A stretch of DNA of 64,000 nt from an uncultured Gammaproteobacteria bacterium (GTDB lineage: Bacteria > Patescibacteriota > Microgenomatia > Daviesbacterales > UBA10151), in contig CAZKCV010000006.1 in the NCBI GenBank assembly GCA_964551605.1, positions 70-64,069 of the forward strand, written 5' to 3'. The position numbers and the translations under genes were made by a program. Of the stretch, positions 28,735-36,840 are shown piece by piece. Every line of letters begins with the position of its first letter. The stretch's first letter is position 1. Below the pieces are notes generated by a model, which worked only from the letters and a program-made list of their open reading frames with translations, did no database searches and had not been told where the DNA came from.

Positions 28735-29793
28735 ATGTTTGAACCGCGATACAACATTACCACTCTGACCCTTTCCCGGATTGCTGAAATTGCCGAGATA
28801 AAAGCGGCCGTTGAAAGGTCCCGCGTTTTGCCCTTAAATGAAGCTCAACTGAGGCGCCAGGCAATTCTGCGGATGGCCCATACCTCCACGTCAATTGAGG
28901 GAAATAAATTAGCTGAATTTGAAGTGGGGAAAGTCCTGGAAGGAAAGTCTGTCCGGGCGACCCAAAAGGATATTGTAGAGGTGGAAAACTACTACCAGGC
29001 CCTAAAGCTGATTGAGAAAATGGCCAGGGAAAAAGGCAATATAACGGTGGCGGAAATATTAAAATTACACAAGGCGGTGGTTGAAGGACTGGTGGAAAAT
29101 GAGAAAGTCGGGAGTTTCAGACCGGCTGATGTTTATGTATTGGATGATTTGGGAGACGGCCGGGAAATGTTAAGGTTTAAGGCCCCCCCTGCTTCCGGGG
29201 TTGAAAAAATGATAGAGGATTTAATGGCCTGGCTTAGATCATCAAAAAAAACAGGTATCCACCCGATTATCCGGGCCGGTATTTTGCACCTGCAGTTTGT
29301 CACCATCCACCCTTTTACAGACGGCAACGGCCGGGTGGCCAGACTCTTGACCCAGCTTCAGCTTTACCGGGACGGCTGGGATTTTCGGAAAATTTTGGTG
29401 CTGGAGGACTATTATAACCAGGACCGGATGTCTTATTATAATGCGGAAAACCGGGCCCAGGGAAAAACTTACCAGGAGGACATGGATTTTACCAACTGGC
29501 TGGAATACTTTACCACCGGGTTTTTGGTGGAAGCCAGAAAGGTTTTGGAACAAATCCAGTCAATAGGGTTTGGTAAAGTCAGCAGGAAGAGCGAGCAGAT
29601 CTTTTTAGACCGGGATGAGATTCAGGTAATGGATTTTTTGACTACTACAGGCAGGATTACCTCAGATGATGTGGCAGATATCTTAAAAGTAGCCAAAAGG
29701 ACTGCCCAGCTTAAGCTTAAGAATTTATCGGATAAGGGTCTGCTTAAATTAAAAGGCAAAGGCCCCAGCTCTTATTATATCCTTGCGCGATAG
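28735..29793 (+). CDS. Fic family protein (class II, N-terminal inhibitory helix; C-terminal wHTH)
   Basis: 'HPFTDGNGRVAR' Fic motif and 'STSIEGN' inhibitory motif. Confidence 0.8.
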   Translation: MFEPRYNITTLTLSRIAEIAEIKAAVERSRVLPLNEAQLRRQAILRMAHTSTSIEGNKLAEFEVGKVLEGKSVRATQKDIVEVENYYQALKLIEKMAREKGNITVAEILKLHKAVVEGLVENEKVGSFRPADVYVLDDLGDGREMLRFKAPPASGVEKMIEDLMAWLRSSKKTGIHPIIRAGILHLQFVTIHPFTDGNGRVARLLTQLQLYRDGWDFRKILVLEDYYNQDRMSYYNAENRAQGKTYQEDMDFTNWLEYFTTGFLVEARKVLEQIQSIGFGKVSRKSEQIFLDRDEIQVMDFLTTTGRITSDDVADILKVAKRTAQLKLKNLSDKGLLKLKGKGPSSYYILAR

Positions 29794-29890
29794 GTTGCGC
29801 GATTATTGCGCGATAGCCACCACTTGCTATTTACAAAAAAATATGAAACAATTAGTTTGTGAGTAGAGTGTATTTAGTGTTTATACAGTA

Positions 29891-29928
29891 ATTCACCTCC
29901 ACAGAAATCTAGAAAAAAGGAGGTGAAT
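29891..29928 (+). promoter_or_regulatory. 5'-UTR hairpin sequestering the Shine-Dalgarno of the RRM gene
   Basis: Perfect 10-bp inverted repeat ATTCACCTCC ... GGAGGTGAAT with an 18-nt loop. The right arm is the SD (GGAGGTG), 7 nt before the TTG start. Confidence 0.45.
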
Positions 29929-29932
29929 TTTT

Positions 29933-30193
29933 TTGAATAACAGAAAATTGTTCGTAGGTTCTTTACCTTGGGCTATTGACGATGCAGGACTTGCTCAGCT
30001 TTTTGCTCAGGCAGGTACAGTTGTTAGCGCACAGGTGGTTAAAGACCGTGAAACAGGCAGATCCAGAGGATTTGGTTTTGTTGAGATGTCTTCTGATGAA
30101 GAAGCTCAAAACGCAGTCAAAAACTTAAACGGAACAGATGTTGAAGGTCGTAAGATCGTTGTTAACATTGCCCGTCCCCGGGAAGACCGTTAA
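29933..30193 (+). CDS. RRM-type RNA-binding protein
   Basis: RNP-2 'LFVGSL' and RNP-1 'RGFGFVEM'; TTG start. Confidence 0.75.
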   Translation: MNNRKLFVGSLPWAIDDAGLAQLFAQAGTVVSAQVVKDRETGRSRGFGFVEMSSDEEAQNAVKNLNGTDVEGRKIVVNIARPREDR

Positions 30194-30288
30194 TTTAAGC
30201 AAAATTTCCCTGCAGAAAAGGTAAGTTTTTATATCCTTAGTCAATAAGGCTTAAGTTTTTGTGACTTTTTTGTTACAATAACTGCTAA

Positions 30289-30370
30289 GCTGGTGTGGTG
30301 GAATGGCATACACGCTCGCCTTAAGAGCGAGTGCCCATAAGGCATAAGGGTTCGACTCCCTTCACCAGCA
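30289..30370 (+). tRNA. tRNA-Leu (anticodon TAA), long variable arm
   Basis: Hand-folded cloverleaf: acceptor GCTGGTG/CACCAGC, anticodon stem CTCGC/GCGAG with loop CTTAAGA, T-loop TTCGACT. Confidence 0.75.
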
Positions 30371-30377
30371 CTTTTTG

Positions 30378-30449
30378 CGGGGACTAGTTCATCGGTAGAA
30401 CGCTCGCTTTGGGAGCGAGAAGCACAGGGTTCAATTCCCTGGTCCCCGA
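30378..30449 (+). tRNA. tRNA-Pro (anticodon TGG), C1:G72
   Basis: Acceptor CGGGGAC/GTCCCCG, D-arm GTTC-ATCGGTA-GAAC, anticodon loop TTTGGGA, T-arm CAGGG-TTCAATT-CCCTG. Confidence 0.75.
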
Positions 30450-30523
30450 CTGAGTCATCGAAGGAGGAGGAACAGGGATAAAGAAGGAAGCGCCATTGAA
30501 CTTGTTCAAGGCGACCCTATCTT

Positions 30524-30540
30524 ATTCCCTGGTCCCCGAC
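30524..30540 (+). repeat. 17-bp direct duplicate of the tRNA-Pro 3' end (ATTCCCTGGTCCCCGAC)
   Basis: Identical to 30433-30449, 74 bp downstream of the tRNA. Confidence 0.6.
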
Positions 30541-30541
30541 A

Positions 30542-31177
30542 TTATTTTTCACCGGAATTTGATCCAGATCGATCCTCATCATCTTTTTCTTCTTCAATTT
30601 TATCCTCTTCATCTTGCCTATTCTCATCCCGCCCGGACCTGCTGATTTCTATTGCCTCATTAATTTCTTCATCCTCCGGTCCGCTTCTTATTTCTTCAAA
30701 TTCCTTCTCCTGGTCTTCTAACTTCTTCTCAATTTCCTCTGCATACTTACCTGAGCGGCTTGCCTCATTAACCGCTGCATTATACTCTTCCACTGCTTTT
30801 CGGACGCTTTCCTGACTTCTTCCTTTTTTACTTAGCCCTACAATATCCTTAGCCCTGCCTTCTACCCTGATTAGGGTATTACCGGAAACTTTTGATACAG
30901 CATCCTCAGATAATCTCCTGACTGCATAAAGTGTTTCCCCGGGCAATGAGTTTTGCGCAGCCCCGACTACTCCGCCTAACCCGCCCAGCAGAATAAATAT
31001 TATTAAGGTAGTTACGGCAAAAGCCCGGAAGTTAAAAAATCCGCTTTTTGCCTGAATAAGTTCCAGTTGTCTTTTCTTTTCCTGAAGTTCCTGCCAGCCG
31101 TCTTTAATAAACTTCTCTGACGGTTCAGTTTCAAGATATGCTCTTTTGAATTTTTTTAATCTCTTTTCAATATCCAT
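30542..31177 (-). CDS. single-pass membrane protein, putative anti-sigma factor (DUF5667-like)
   Basis: Overlaps the upstream ECF sigma gene by 11 nt; one TM; acidic C-terminal tail. Confidence 0.45.
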   Translation of the reverse strand: MDIEKRLKKFKRAYLETEPSEKFIKDGWQELQEKKRQLELIQAKSGFFNFRAFAVTTLIIFILLGGLGGVVGAAQNSLPGETLYAVRRLSEDAVSKVSGNTLIRVEGRAKDIVGLSKKGRSQESVRKAVEEYNAAVNEASRSGKYAEEIEKKLEDQEKEFEEIRSGPEDEEINEAIEISRSGRDENRQDEEDKIEEEKDDEDRSGSNSGEK

Positions 31178-31703
31178 TTTTCTTTATCCTCCCTTTAAGT
31201 TTTTGTAAAATCCGGTGTAGCCTGACCCTGATTGCACCCTCTTTTTTATGTAAGATACCGGCAATTTCACCAAAGTGTAACTCTTCAAAGTAACGAAAAA
31301 TTACCAGTTGTTTTTCTTCCCCGTCCAGTCCGGCCAGCAACTTGTGGACTATTTTTACATTATCCTCCTTAATCAATTTATCTTCAAAGTCAGCAGTATA
31401 GGCAGGCTCAGCTATGTTTTCCAAGGAGACCTCCTTTCTGCGCCTTTTGTAGTCAATAACCAGATTCCTGGCAATTGAAAAAAGATAGGCCTGCAGTGTC
31501 CCCTTCCGGGATGAAAAATTAGGTATCGCCACCCAGGCTTTGAGAAAAGTAAGCTGGGTAAGGTCCTCTCCCAGATCCCTGTCATAAGTAAGGTAATAAA
31601 TATAACGGAAAATCCGTTTCCGAAACTCTTCATAAAGCTTTCCAAAGGCATCTTTATCCCCTCCTTTTGCTTTCTTTATTACTCGTTCTAAATTGTCGGA
31701 CAC
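31167..31703 (-). CDS. ECF-type sigma-70 factor
   Basis: 'FLKAW', 'YLFSIARNLVIDYKRRR' (region 2) and 'AIRVRLHRILQKLK' (region 4). Confidence 0.75.
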   Translation of the reverse strand: MSDNLERVIKKAKGGDKDAFGKLYEEFRKRIFRYIYYLTYDRDLGEDLTQLTFLKAWVAIPNFSSRKGTLQAYLFSIARNLVIDYKRRRKEVSLENIAEPAYTADFEDKLIKEDNVKIVHKLLAGLDGEEKQLVIFRYFEELHFGEIAGILHKKEGAIRVRLHRILQKLKGRIKKNGY

Positions 31704-31814
31704 ACCACATATTATAACTCCTCAATACATAATACGTTCTGAGAAAGGATTTGTAACAATTTTTGCCCTCTTCCGTTATATATTTTAACGAAAAAAGAAA
31801 GGGGGTGAGAATCG

Positions 31815-32240
31815 ATGAGTAAATTCAAAAGATTTTTAGTCTTTGCTGTATTTTTGGCTCTGGCTTTTCCCTTTACAGTTTCTGCGGGAGATGAACCAAG
31901 CTTTGAGGCCAGTGAAGATAAGGTAGAAATCAGAGACGGGGACTTTAGGTTTGAGGCAGAAGGTGATGAATTTGAAATCAGAGACGGAGATTTCAGGTTC
32001 GAATCAGACGGGGAGGAATTCAAGACTGAAGGCACGGTAACAGCGGTTGAGGGCGATTCCTTTATGGTAGACGGGACAACCGTTATGTTTGATCCTGCTA
32101 CAGTTGAGATGGAAGGTGACCTGGTGGTAGGGGCTGAAGTTAAAGCTGAGGGCATGGTGGATGACGGATTCATCTTTACGGCTGAAGAAGTCAAAGCTGA
32201 TGAGGCTGAAGATGTAGATGAGGATGAGGACGAAGACTAG
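31815..32240 (+). CDS. secreted acidic repeat protein (DUF5666-like)
   Basis: Signal peptide; two 16-aa repeats 'EIRDGDFRFE(A/S)(E/D)G(D/E)EF' encoded by a 48-bp tandem duplication (31927-32022); poly-D/E tail. Confidence 0.45.
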   Translation: MSKFKRFLVFAVFLALAFPFTVSAGDEPSFEASEDKVEIRDGDFRFEAEGDEFEIRDGDFRFESDGEEFKTEGTVTAVEGDSFMVDGTTVMFDPATVEMEGDLVVGAEVKAEGMVDDGFIFTAEEVKADEAEDVDEDEDED

Positions 32241-33063
32241 GGATAAACCCAACCTTAAGTCAAGTACAACCGGGTTAAAAGCCTGGTTGTACTTTTTAGA
32301 GGATAACTATACAATTAACAATATGCGGACAATTGCCTCAGTAGCTGCTCCAATACTTATTTTCTTCATTTTATTGTTTGCTTATACAAAAATAGCAGGG
32401 CCGATACCCTTTTCTGTAACCAGTGTTACCACTACTAAATCCGATACTTTTAATGTGACAGGAGAAGGAATGGTAGCAGCTAAGCCGGATATAGCCACCC
32501 TGAGTGTAGGTATTTTAGCTCAGGCTTCTACAGTCAAGGCAGCCCAGGATCAGATAAACTCAAATATTAATAGAGTTTCAGAAGCCGTTAAAAAGCTGGG
32601 GGTGGAACAGAAGGATATCCAAACCCAAAATTACCAAATCAACCCCACTTATGATTTCCAGGGCTCCACCCAACGTATCTCCGGCTACTCTGCTTCCACA
32701 AACCTTTCCATAAAGGTCAGGAAAATCGACCAGATAAACCAGGTTATAGATGAGGCAACAGCTAATGGGGCAAACCAGGTGGGAAATATTAGCTTTGACG
32801 TGGATGAAAAAGCTAAACTTCAAAATGAAGCCAGAGAAAAAGCAGTGGCAGAGGCCAGGAAAAAGGCGGAAAGCGCGGCCAAAATTGCCGGATTCAGGCT
32901 AGGCAGAATGGTTAATTATTCAGAAAGCTTTGACGGCGGGCCCGGGCCAATACAGCTTAGGACTTTAGCGGTTCCCGGAGGCGGTGAAAAAGTAAATACT
33001 ACAATAGAGCCGGGATCCTCTGAAATTAAAGTTGTAGTCACCTTAAGCTACGAAATTTTGTAG
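32218..33063 (+). CDS. SIMPL/DUF541 domain protein
   Basis: 'AAKPDIATLSVGI...' and a C-terminal 'IKVVVTLSYEIL', typical of SIMPL periplasmic proteins. Confidence 0.65.
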   Translation: MRMRTKTRDKPNLKSSTTGLKAWLYFLEDNYTINNMRTIASVAAPILIFFILLFAYTKIAGPIPFSVTSVTTTKSDTFNVTGEGMVAAKPDIATLSVGILAQASTVKAAQDQINSNINRVSEAVKKLGVEQKDIQTQNYQINPTYDFQGSTQRISGYSASTNLSIKVRKIDQINQVIDEATANGANQVGNISFDVDEKAKLQNEAREKAVAEARKKAESAAKIAGFRLGRMVNYSESFDGGPGPIQLRTLAVPGGGEKVNTTIEPGSSEIKVVVTLSYEIL

Positions 33064-33144
33064 TCTTCTCCTTTCTTGAAATCAGTTATCCTTTTCGGAT
33101 AAAATAGACTAGCTTCGGGAAGTTTACTTCGAGCGAAGAGAGAA

Positions 33145-33218
33145 GCGGGTGTAATTCACCGGTAGAATGTCACTTTTCCAAAGTGAACGTAAGGGGTCCG
33201 ACTCCCCTCACCCGCTCC
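33145..33218 (+). tRNA. tRNA-Gly (anticodon TCC), CCA encoded
   Basis: Acceptor GCGGGTG/CACCCGC, anticodon loop TTTCCAA, T-arm AGGGG-TCCGACT-CCCCT, discriminator T plus CCA. Confidence 0.75.
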
Positions 33219-33250
33219 AGACGAATTTTATCGAACTGACAAATTTTAGC

Positions 33251-33279
33251 TTCAAAAAATTGCTGAATTTTGCTATAAT
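33251..33279 (+). promoter_or_regulatory. consensus-like sigma70 promoter (TTCAAA-17-TGcTATAAT)
   Basis: Read directly; it fires rightwards, antisense to the small ORF 33331..33495. Confidence 0.5.
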
Positions 33280-33330
33280 CTAGGCTTATAACGTATTACC
33301 TTAACAGGAATCGAACTAGCCTTAATTTTA

Positions 33331-33495
33331 TTATTTCTCATCTTGCTCAACTTCTTCAAAATCTCCCATCCACTTTGACCCATAGACATGTTGCATAACA
33401 GCACAAGCTAACAAATATACAACTTCCTGTATGTCTTTTAGCTCTTCTTCCGAAGCATTAGGGTAATATTTTTTAATTACTTCCAAAGGTAACAT
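33331..33495 (-). CDS. 54-aa acidic protein (paralog of 35201..35365); not in the supplied ORF track
   Basis: Translates to MLPLEVIKKYYPNASEEELKDIQEVVYLLACAVMQHVYGSKWMGDFEEVEQDEK. Strong SD (AAGGAGG) 8 nt upstream; about 75% identical to copy 2. Confidence 0.45.
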   Translation of the reverse strand: MLPLEVIKKYYPNASEEELKDIQEVVYLLACAVMQHVYGSKWMGDFEEVEQDEK

Positions 33496-33557
33496 AATAA
33501 ATTATCAGCTCCTCCTTTTTTGACTTTTAAGCCTACAGAGACTATAATTCAGCCAAG

Positions 33558-34391
33558 ATGAGTTTTCTTGAGAGATTGTTGCATGGTATACAGGCAAGAG
33601 AAGAAATAGAGCGGAAAGCACAGATCTCAACAGCCGAGAAAGCTGAACTTGAAGCTAAAGCGGTTATTGAGACAAAAGAAAGTGATGTAAGAGATGAAAA
33701 TGCCAGACAATCAGTAATAAAGCAGGAAATAAAAGACGCTCTAGAAAGATATTCTGTAAAAGAGAGACTAGAGGCAATACGTGATGGTGTTTGGAAAGTG
33801 GGAGAGGTTAAGCCAAACGATAGAACCAATGACGGTCTCTACTTAATACATACATACCCAGCAGCAGTTCCAATTATGGTGAGAGGTACATGGACTGTGC
33901 CAACTCACGAGTCGCCCGCCTCTGGTAGTGGAGGCCCTAAAGAATGGACTTATAGCGGGTGGACGCACAATGGTTTTTTCAAAGAAGGAAGAAGGTTTGA
34001 CGCTGTAGTTATTAGAGCTCGAGCTACAGCCCACAAATCACCAGGCTCATCAAAGTTTACTGCAACCTCATCAAATCTTGTTTTTGATGCTGGTGGTGGA
34101 TGGTATGGATTAGAGCCAAAAGATAATTTTGATTGGCATTATGTACCGATGGAATATAGAGGTAGTTTTACGGAAAATTATAGGCACTTTCATGGATACG
34201 GGGAAATTGGCATTAATTCTCCTTCATATTTAGAAATGGTGATAACTGATTACTGCCACGATATAATTACAAACAAAAGAATTTCAACAGCCTATTACAA
34301 AATAACTGAACATAGCAGACTACCTCTACAAGCGGAGGCTGAAGAACAAAATAATTTAATAGGATTAAGACAAGCTGGGAAAATAAGATAA
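33558..34391 (+). CDS. hypothetical protein (coiled-coil N-terminus plus Gly/Trp/Tyr-rich globular domain)
   Basis: 277-aa ORF; N-terminus paralogous to the next gene. Confidence 0.45.
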   Translation: MSFLERLLHGIQAREEIERKAQISTAEKAELEAKAVIETKESDVRDENARQSVIKQEIKDALERYSVKERLEAIRDGVWKVGEVKPNDRTNDGLYLIHTYPAAVPIMVRGTWTVPTHESPASGSGGPKEWTYSGWTHNGFFKEGRRFDAVVIRARATAHKSPGSSKFTATSSNLVFDAGGGWYGLEPKDNFDWHYVPMEYRGSFTENYRHFHGYGEIGINSPSYLEMVITDYCHDIITNKRISTAYYKITEHSRLPLQAEAEEQNNLIGLRQAGKIR

Positions 34392-34422
34392 TAGCAGCTT
34401 TGAACACATTAAATTAAACCAT

Positions 34423-34956
34423 ATGGGATTTATAGAAAAATTAAAACAAGAAAAAGAAGCAATAGAGCAAGGGAAGGCAATCCAGCAGGCTAAATTAACT
34501 GAGGCAGAAGCACTTCATCAACAAAGAAGAGAGCAGGCCGCTACCTTTCGCACGGAAAGTGGAATCGGGGATCTAGCATTAACAGCTGCTGATCTTCTCA
34601 AAAAAGTAAGGTTTCCAGATGCTTCATATAGTAACGGCCAAGCTATTCAAAATCAATCAATTACAGAAGTTGATAGCGTTTTTGATAGTATCAGATGGGG
34701 TAAATTATCAAGAACTAGTTATATGAGATCTCCTCGCAAGGGCAATTATTATGTTAGTATTGCAACAAGACCTAATGGACAAATCGTTTTTTATGCGCAG
34801 AAAGAAATTTTAATACCAGAAACCGACTGGCGAAAGGACAAGGATCTTCTGGAACGCACTTTAGAACAAGCTTTGAATTTGCCAGGCGAAGCGTATGAGC
34901 CCGAAAAGGAAATTAACTATGGACCTTATATACCGCCTCTAAAGCCGAATTTTTAG
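34423..34956 (+). CDS. hypothetical protein (N-terminus paralogous to 33558..34391)
   Basis: 'MGFIEKLKQEKEAIEQ' versus 'MSFLERLLHGIQAREEIE'. Confidence 0.45.
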   Translation: MGFIEKLKQEKEAIEQGKAIQQAKLTEAEALHQQRREQAATFRTESGIGDLALTAADLLKKVRFPDASYSNGQAIQNQSITEVDSVFDSIRWGKLSRTSYMRSPRKGNYYVSIATRPNGQIVFYAQKEILIPETDWRKDKDLLERTLEQALNLPGEAYEPEKEINYGPYIPPLKPNF

Positions 34957-34967
34957 TGAATGAATTT

Positions 34968-35093
34968 CTGATATGCATACTTATACAGTTTTTAGTTCTA
35001 AGGCGTAGACTAAATCTGGTAACAGACCGTCAGATAGGAATAATCTGATGAATTCTGGCAGTCTGGCTAAGATCACGTCAGGAGCTCCATACG
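34968..35093. repeat. noncoding segment X, duplicated at 36570-36707 (about 85% identity)
   Basis: Shared strings include GAATTTCTGATATGCATA..., GACCGTCAGATAGGAA and GAATTCTGGCAGTCTGGCTAAGA..GTCAGGAGCTCCATACG. Confidence 0.6.
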
Positions 35094-35215
35094 AATTTTA
35101 TTGAAATAACAAACTTTAGCTTCAAAAAATTGCTAAAATTTGTCGAAATTTAATCCTATAACATAGGACCACAACGGGAATCGAACTAGCCTTAAGCTTG
35201 TTATTTCTCTTCTAG
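35094..35215. repeat. noncoding segment Y, duplicate of 33219-33345 (follows tRNA-Gly in copy 1)
   Basis: ACGAATTTTAT..TTAGCTTCAAAAAATTGCT...GGAATCGAACTAGCCTTAA conserved in both copies. Confidence 0.6.
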
Positions 35216-35365
35216 GACGGGTTCATCAAAATCTCCCATCCATTTCGACCCATAAAATTCTTGCATAACAGCACATGCCAATAAATAAACAACCTCTTGG
35301 ATATCTTTTAGCTCTTCTTCTGAAACATCGGGATAGTATTTTCTTATTTCTTCCATAGGTAGCAT
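35201..35365 (-). CDS. 54-aa acidic protein (paralog of 33331..33495)
   Basis: The track ORF 35201..35401 is trimmed to the Met preceded by AAGGTGGTGA. Sequence MLPMEEIRKYYPDVSEEELKDIQEVVYLLACAVMQEFYGSKWMGDFDEPVLEEK. Confidence 0.45.
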   Translation of the reverse strand: MLPMEEIRKYYPDVSEEELKDIQEVVYLLACAVMQEFYGSKWMGDFDEPVLEEK

Positions 35366-35463
35366 CAACAAATCACCACCTTTTCTCCAATTACTAATCA
35401 CTTATTTTCTTCAACTATAGCTAATTATCGAAAGCTTCTAAAATTTGCTATACTGGATTCAGT

Positions 35464-36381
35464 ATGGAAAACAGTCCGGAAATGCCAGTTCAATCTTCTA
35501 CTATGCAAGGTCAGGCTGATATATCTACTCTGTTACCACCACAACAACAGCAAACACAACCGCTTTATTTCAAACACAGTGGCTTTATCGTAAGACTTTT
35601 TGCCCTTATTGTTGATGTAGTTATTATTTTATTAATTACACTTCTGTTAAACCTTATTCTTCAGTTAGCCACTGGACAGTCATTAAATTACAGTAAAGGT
35701 TCCCTATTTCAATTTCTGGTAACACTTATTTCCCTCATATATTCAATCACTTTTGTTGCGCTATATGGTGCTACTCCAGGCAAAATGCTCCTTCGTCTTA
35801 GGATTGTAAATACAAATTATCAGAAAGTTAGCTTCTTTCAAGTATTGAAGCGTGAAACAGGAGGCAAGATACTTTCAGGATTAGTTTTTAATCTCGGTTA
35901 TTTATGGGCTGCCATTGATAACAAAAAACAGGCTTGGCATGATAAAATTGCTAAAACCTACGTTATCCATATAGAACCCATTAGCTATCAGGAATATTTA
36001 AAGCAACAGGAAAAAGGCAAAATAGGTTCACTTCCTTATGTTTTAATCTTCGCAGGAGCAGCAGAAGTAATCTTTATATCATTCTTTGCATTTTCAGTTG
36101 TGAGACAGCTAACAACACTTTACGAAACCATGGAAACAGGTGGGTATAATCCTTTAATTACATACTTAATGTTAGGAATAATAGGATTGAGTTGTTTTGC
36201 TCAAATTATATGGGGCAGTATATTATGGTCTAAGAAAAAGGCACCAGAAACCATAAGTCAGAGTTCTATCAAAACTGCTAAAGTTCTACTAATACTCGGA
36301 GCAACTTTATTTTTCTTACTAATTCCATTCCTTGTTTTGTCTGTTATTCTTCCAATTTACAAATTAACAACTTCGTTTTAA
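35464..36381 (+). CDS. RDD-family membrane protein with C-terminal extra TM domain
   Basis: 'WHDKIAKTYVI' RDD-domain C-terminal motif; TM helices on both sides. Confidence 0.5.
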   Translation: MENSPEMPVQSSTMQGQADISTLLPPQQQQTQPLYFKHSGFIVRLFALIVDVVIILLITLLLNLILQLATGQSLNYSKGSLFQFLVTLISLIYSITFVALYGATPGKMLLRLRIVNTNYQKVSFFQVLKRETGGKILSGLVFNLGYLWAAIDNKKQAWHDKIAKTYVIHIEPISYQEYLKQQEKGKIGSLPYVLIFAGAAEVIFISFFAFSVVRQLTTLYETMETGGYNPLITYLMLGIIGLSCFAQIIWGSILWSKKKAPETISQSSIKTAKVLLILGATLFFLLIPFLVLSVILPIYKLTTSF

Positions 36382-36569
36382 CTAACTTAAGAATACACAA
36401 GATTTTTAGCATCACCAGATATTCAAAAACTGAAAATGTGTCGTACAAGTTTGAGTATATTAATGTATAATTATTTTTACCGAATGATCCTTGTGGTGAA
36501 AGTACCTTACTATTAGGGAGCTAATGTTGACATCATAATCGATGATTCATCTTGGCCACGAGGATCGAA

Positions 36570-36707
36570 TTTCTGATATGCATATTTATGCATTTTTTAG
36601 ACCTAAGGCATAGACGAAGTCAGGTAGTAGACCGTCAGATAGGAACATTTTGAAGAATTCTGGCAGTCTGGCTAAGACCTCGTCAGGAGCTCCATACGGA
36701 ATACCCT
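36570..36707. repeat. noncoding segment X, copy 2
   Basis: See 34968-35093. Confidence 0.6.
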
Positions 36708-36840
36708 GTGTATCAAGTCCCGAATATATTGATACAACGGGCTAATCGTCAATGTTTCATAAATCAAGTTGTTTTCTGATTTAAGTATTTTTTAATTTTT
36801 AGCCTCATTTTGGTTCGAATCCCGTCTCTTTACCAAAGAC

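Noticed and set aside
30290-33220. Integrated prophage or island at tRNA-Pro or tRNA-Gly
   Set aside because: There is no integrase, recombinase or phage structural gene, and the direct repeats are only 74 bp apart.
34968-35093. Segment X as a tRNA or tRNA-like gene (it ends ...GGAGCTCCA like a tRNA 3' end)
   Set aside because: No 5' partner for an acceptor stem (GCTCCTG absent upstream) and no D/anticodon/T arm geometry could be built by hand.
36800-36835. GGTTCGAATCCCGTCTCTTTACCA as a tRNA 3' half
   Set aside because: The T-stem does not pair on either strand and there is no acceptor complement. At most it is a decayed fragment.
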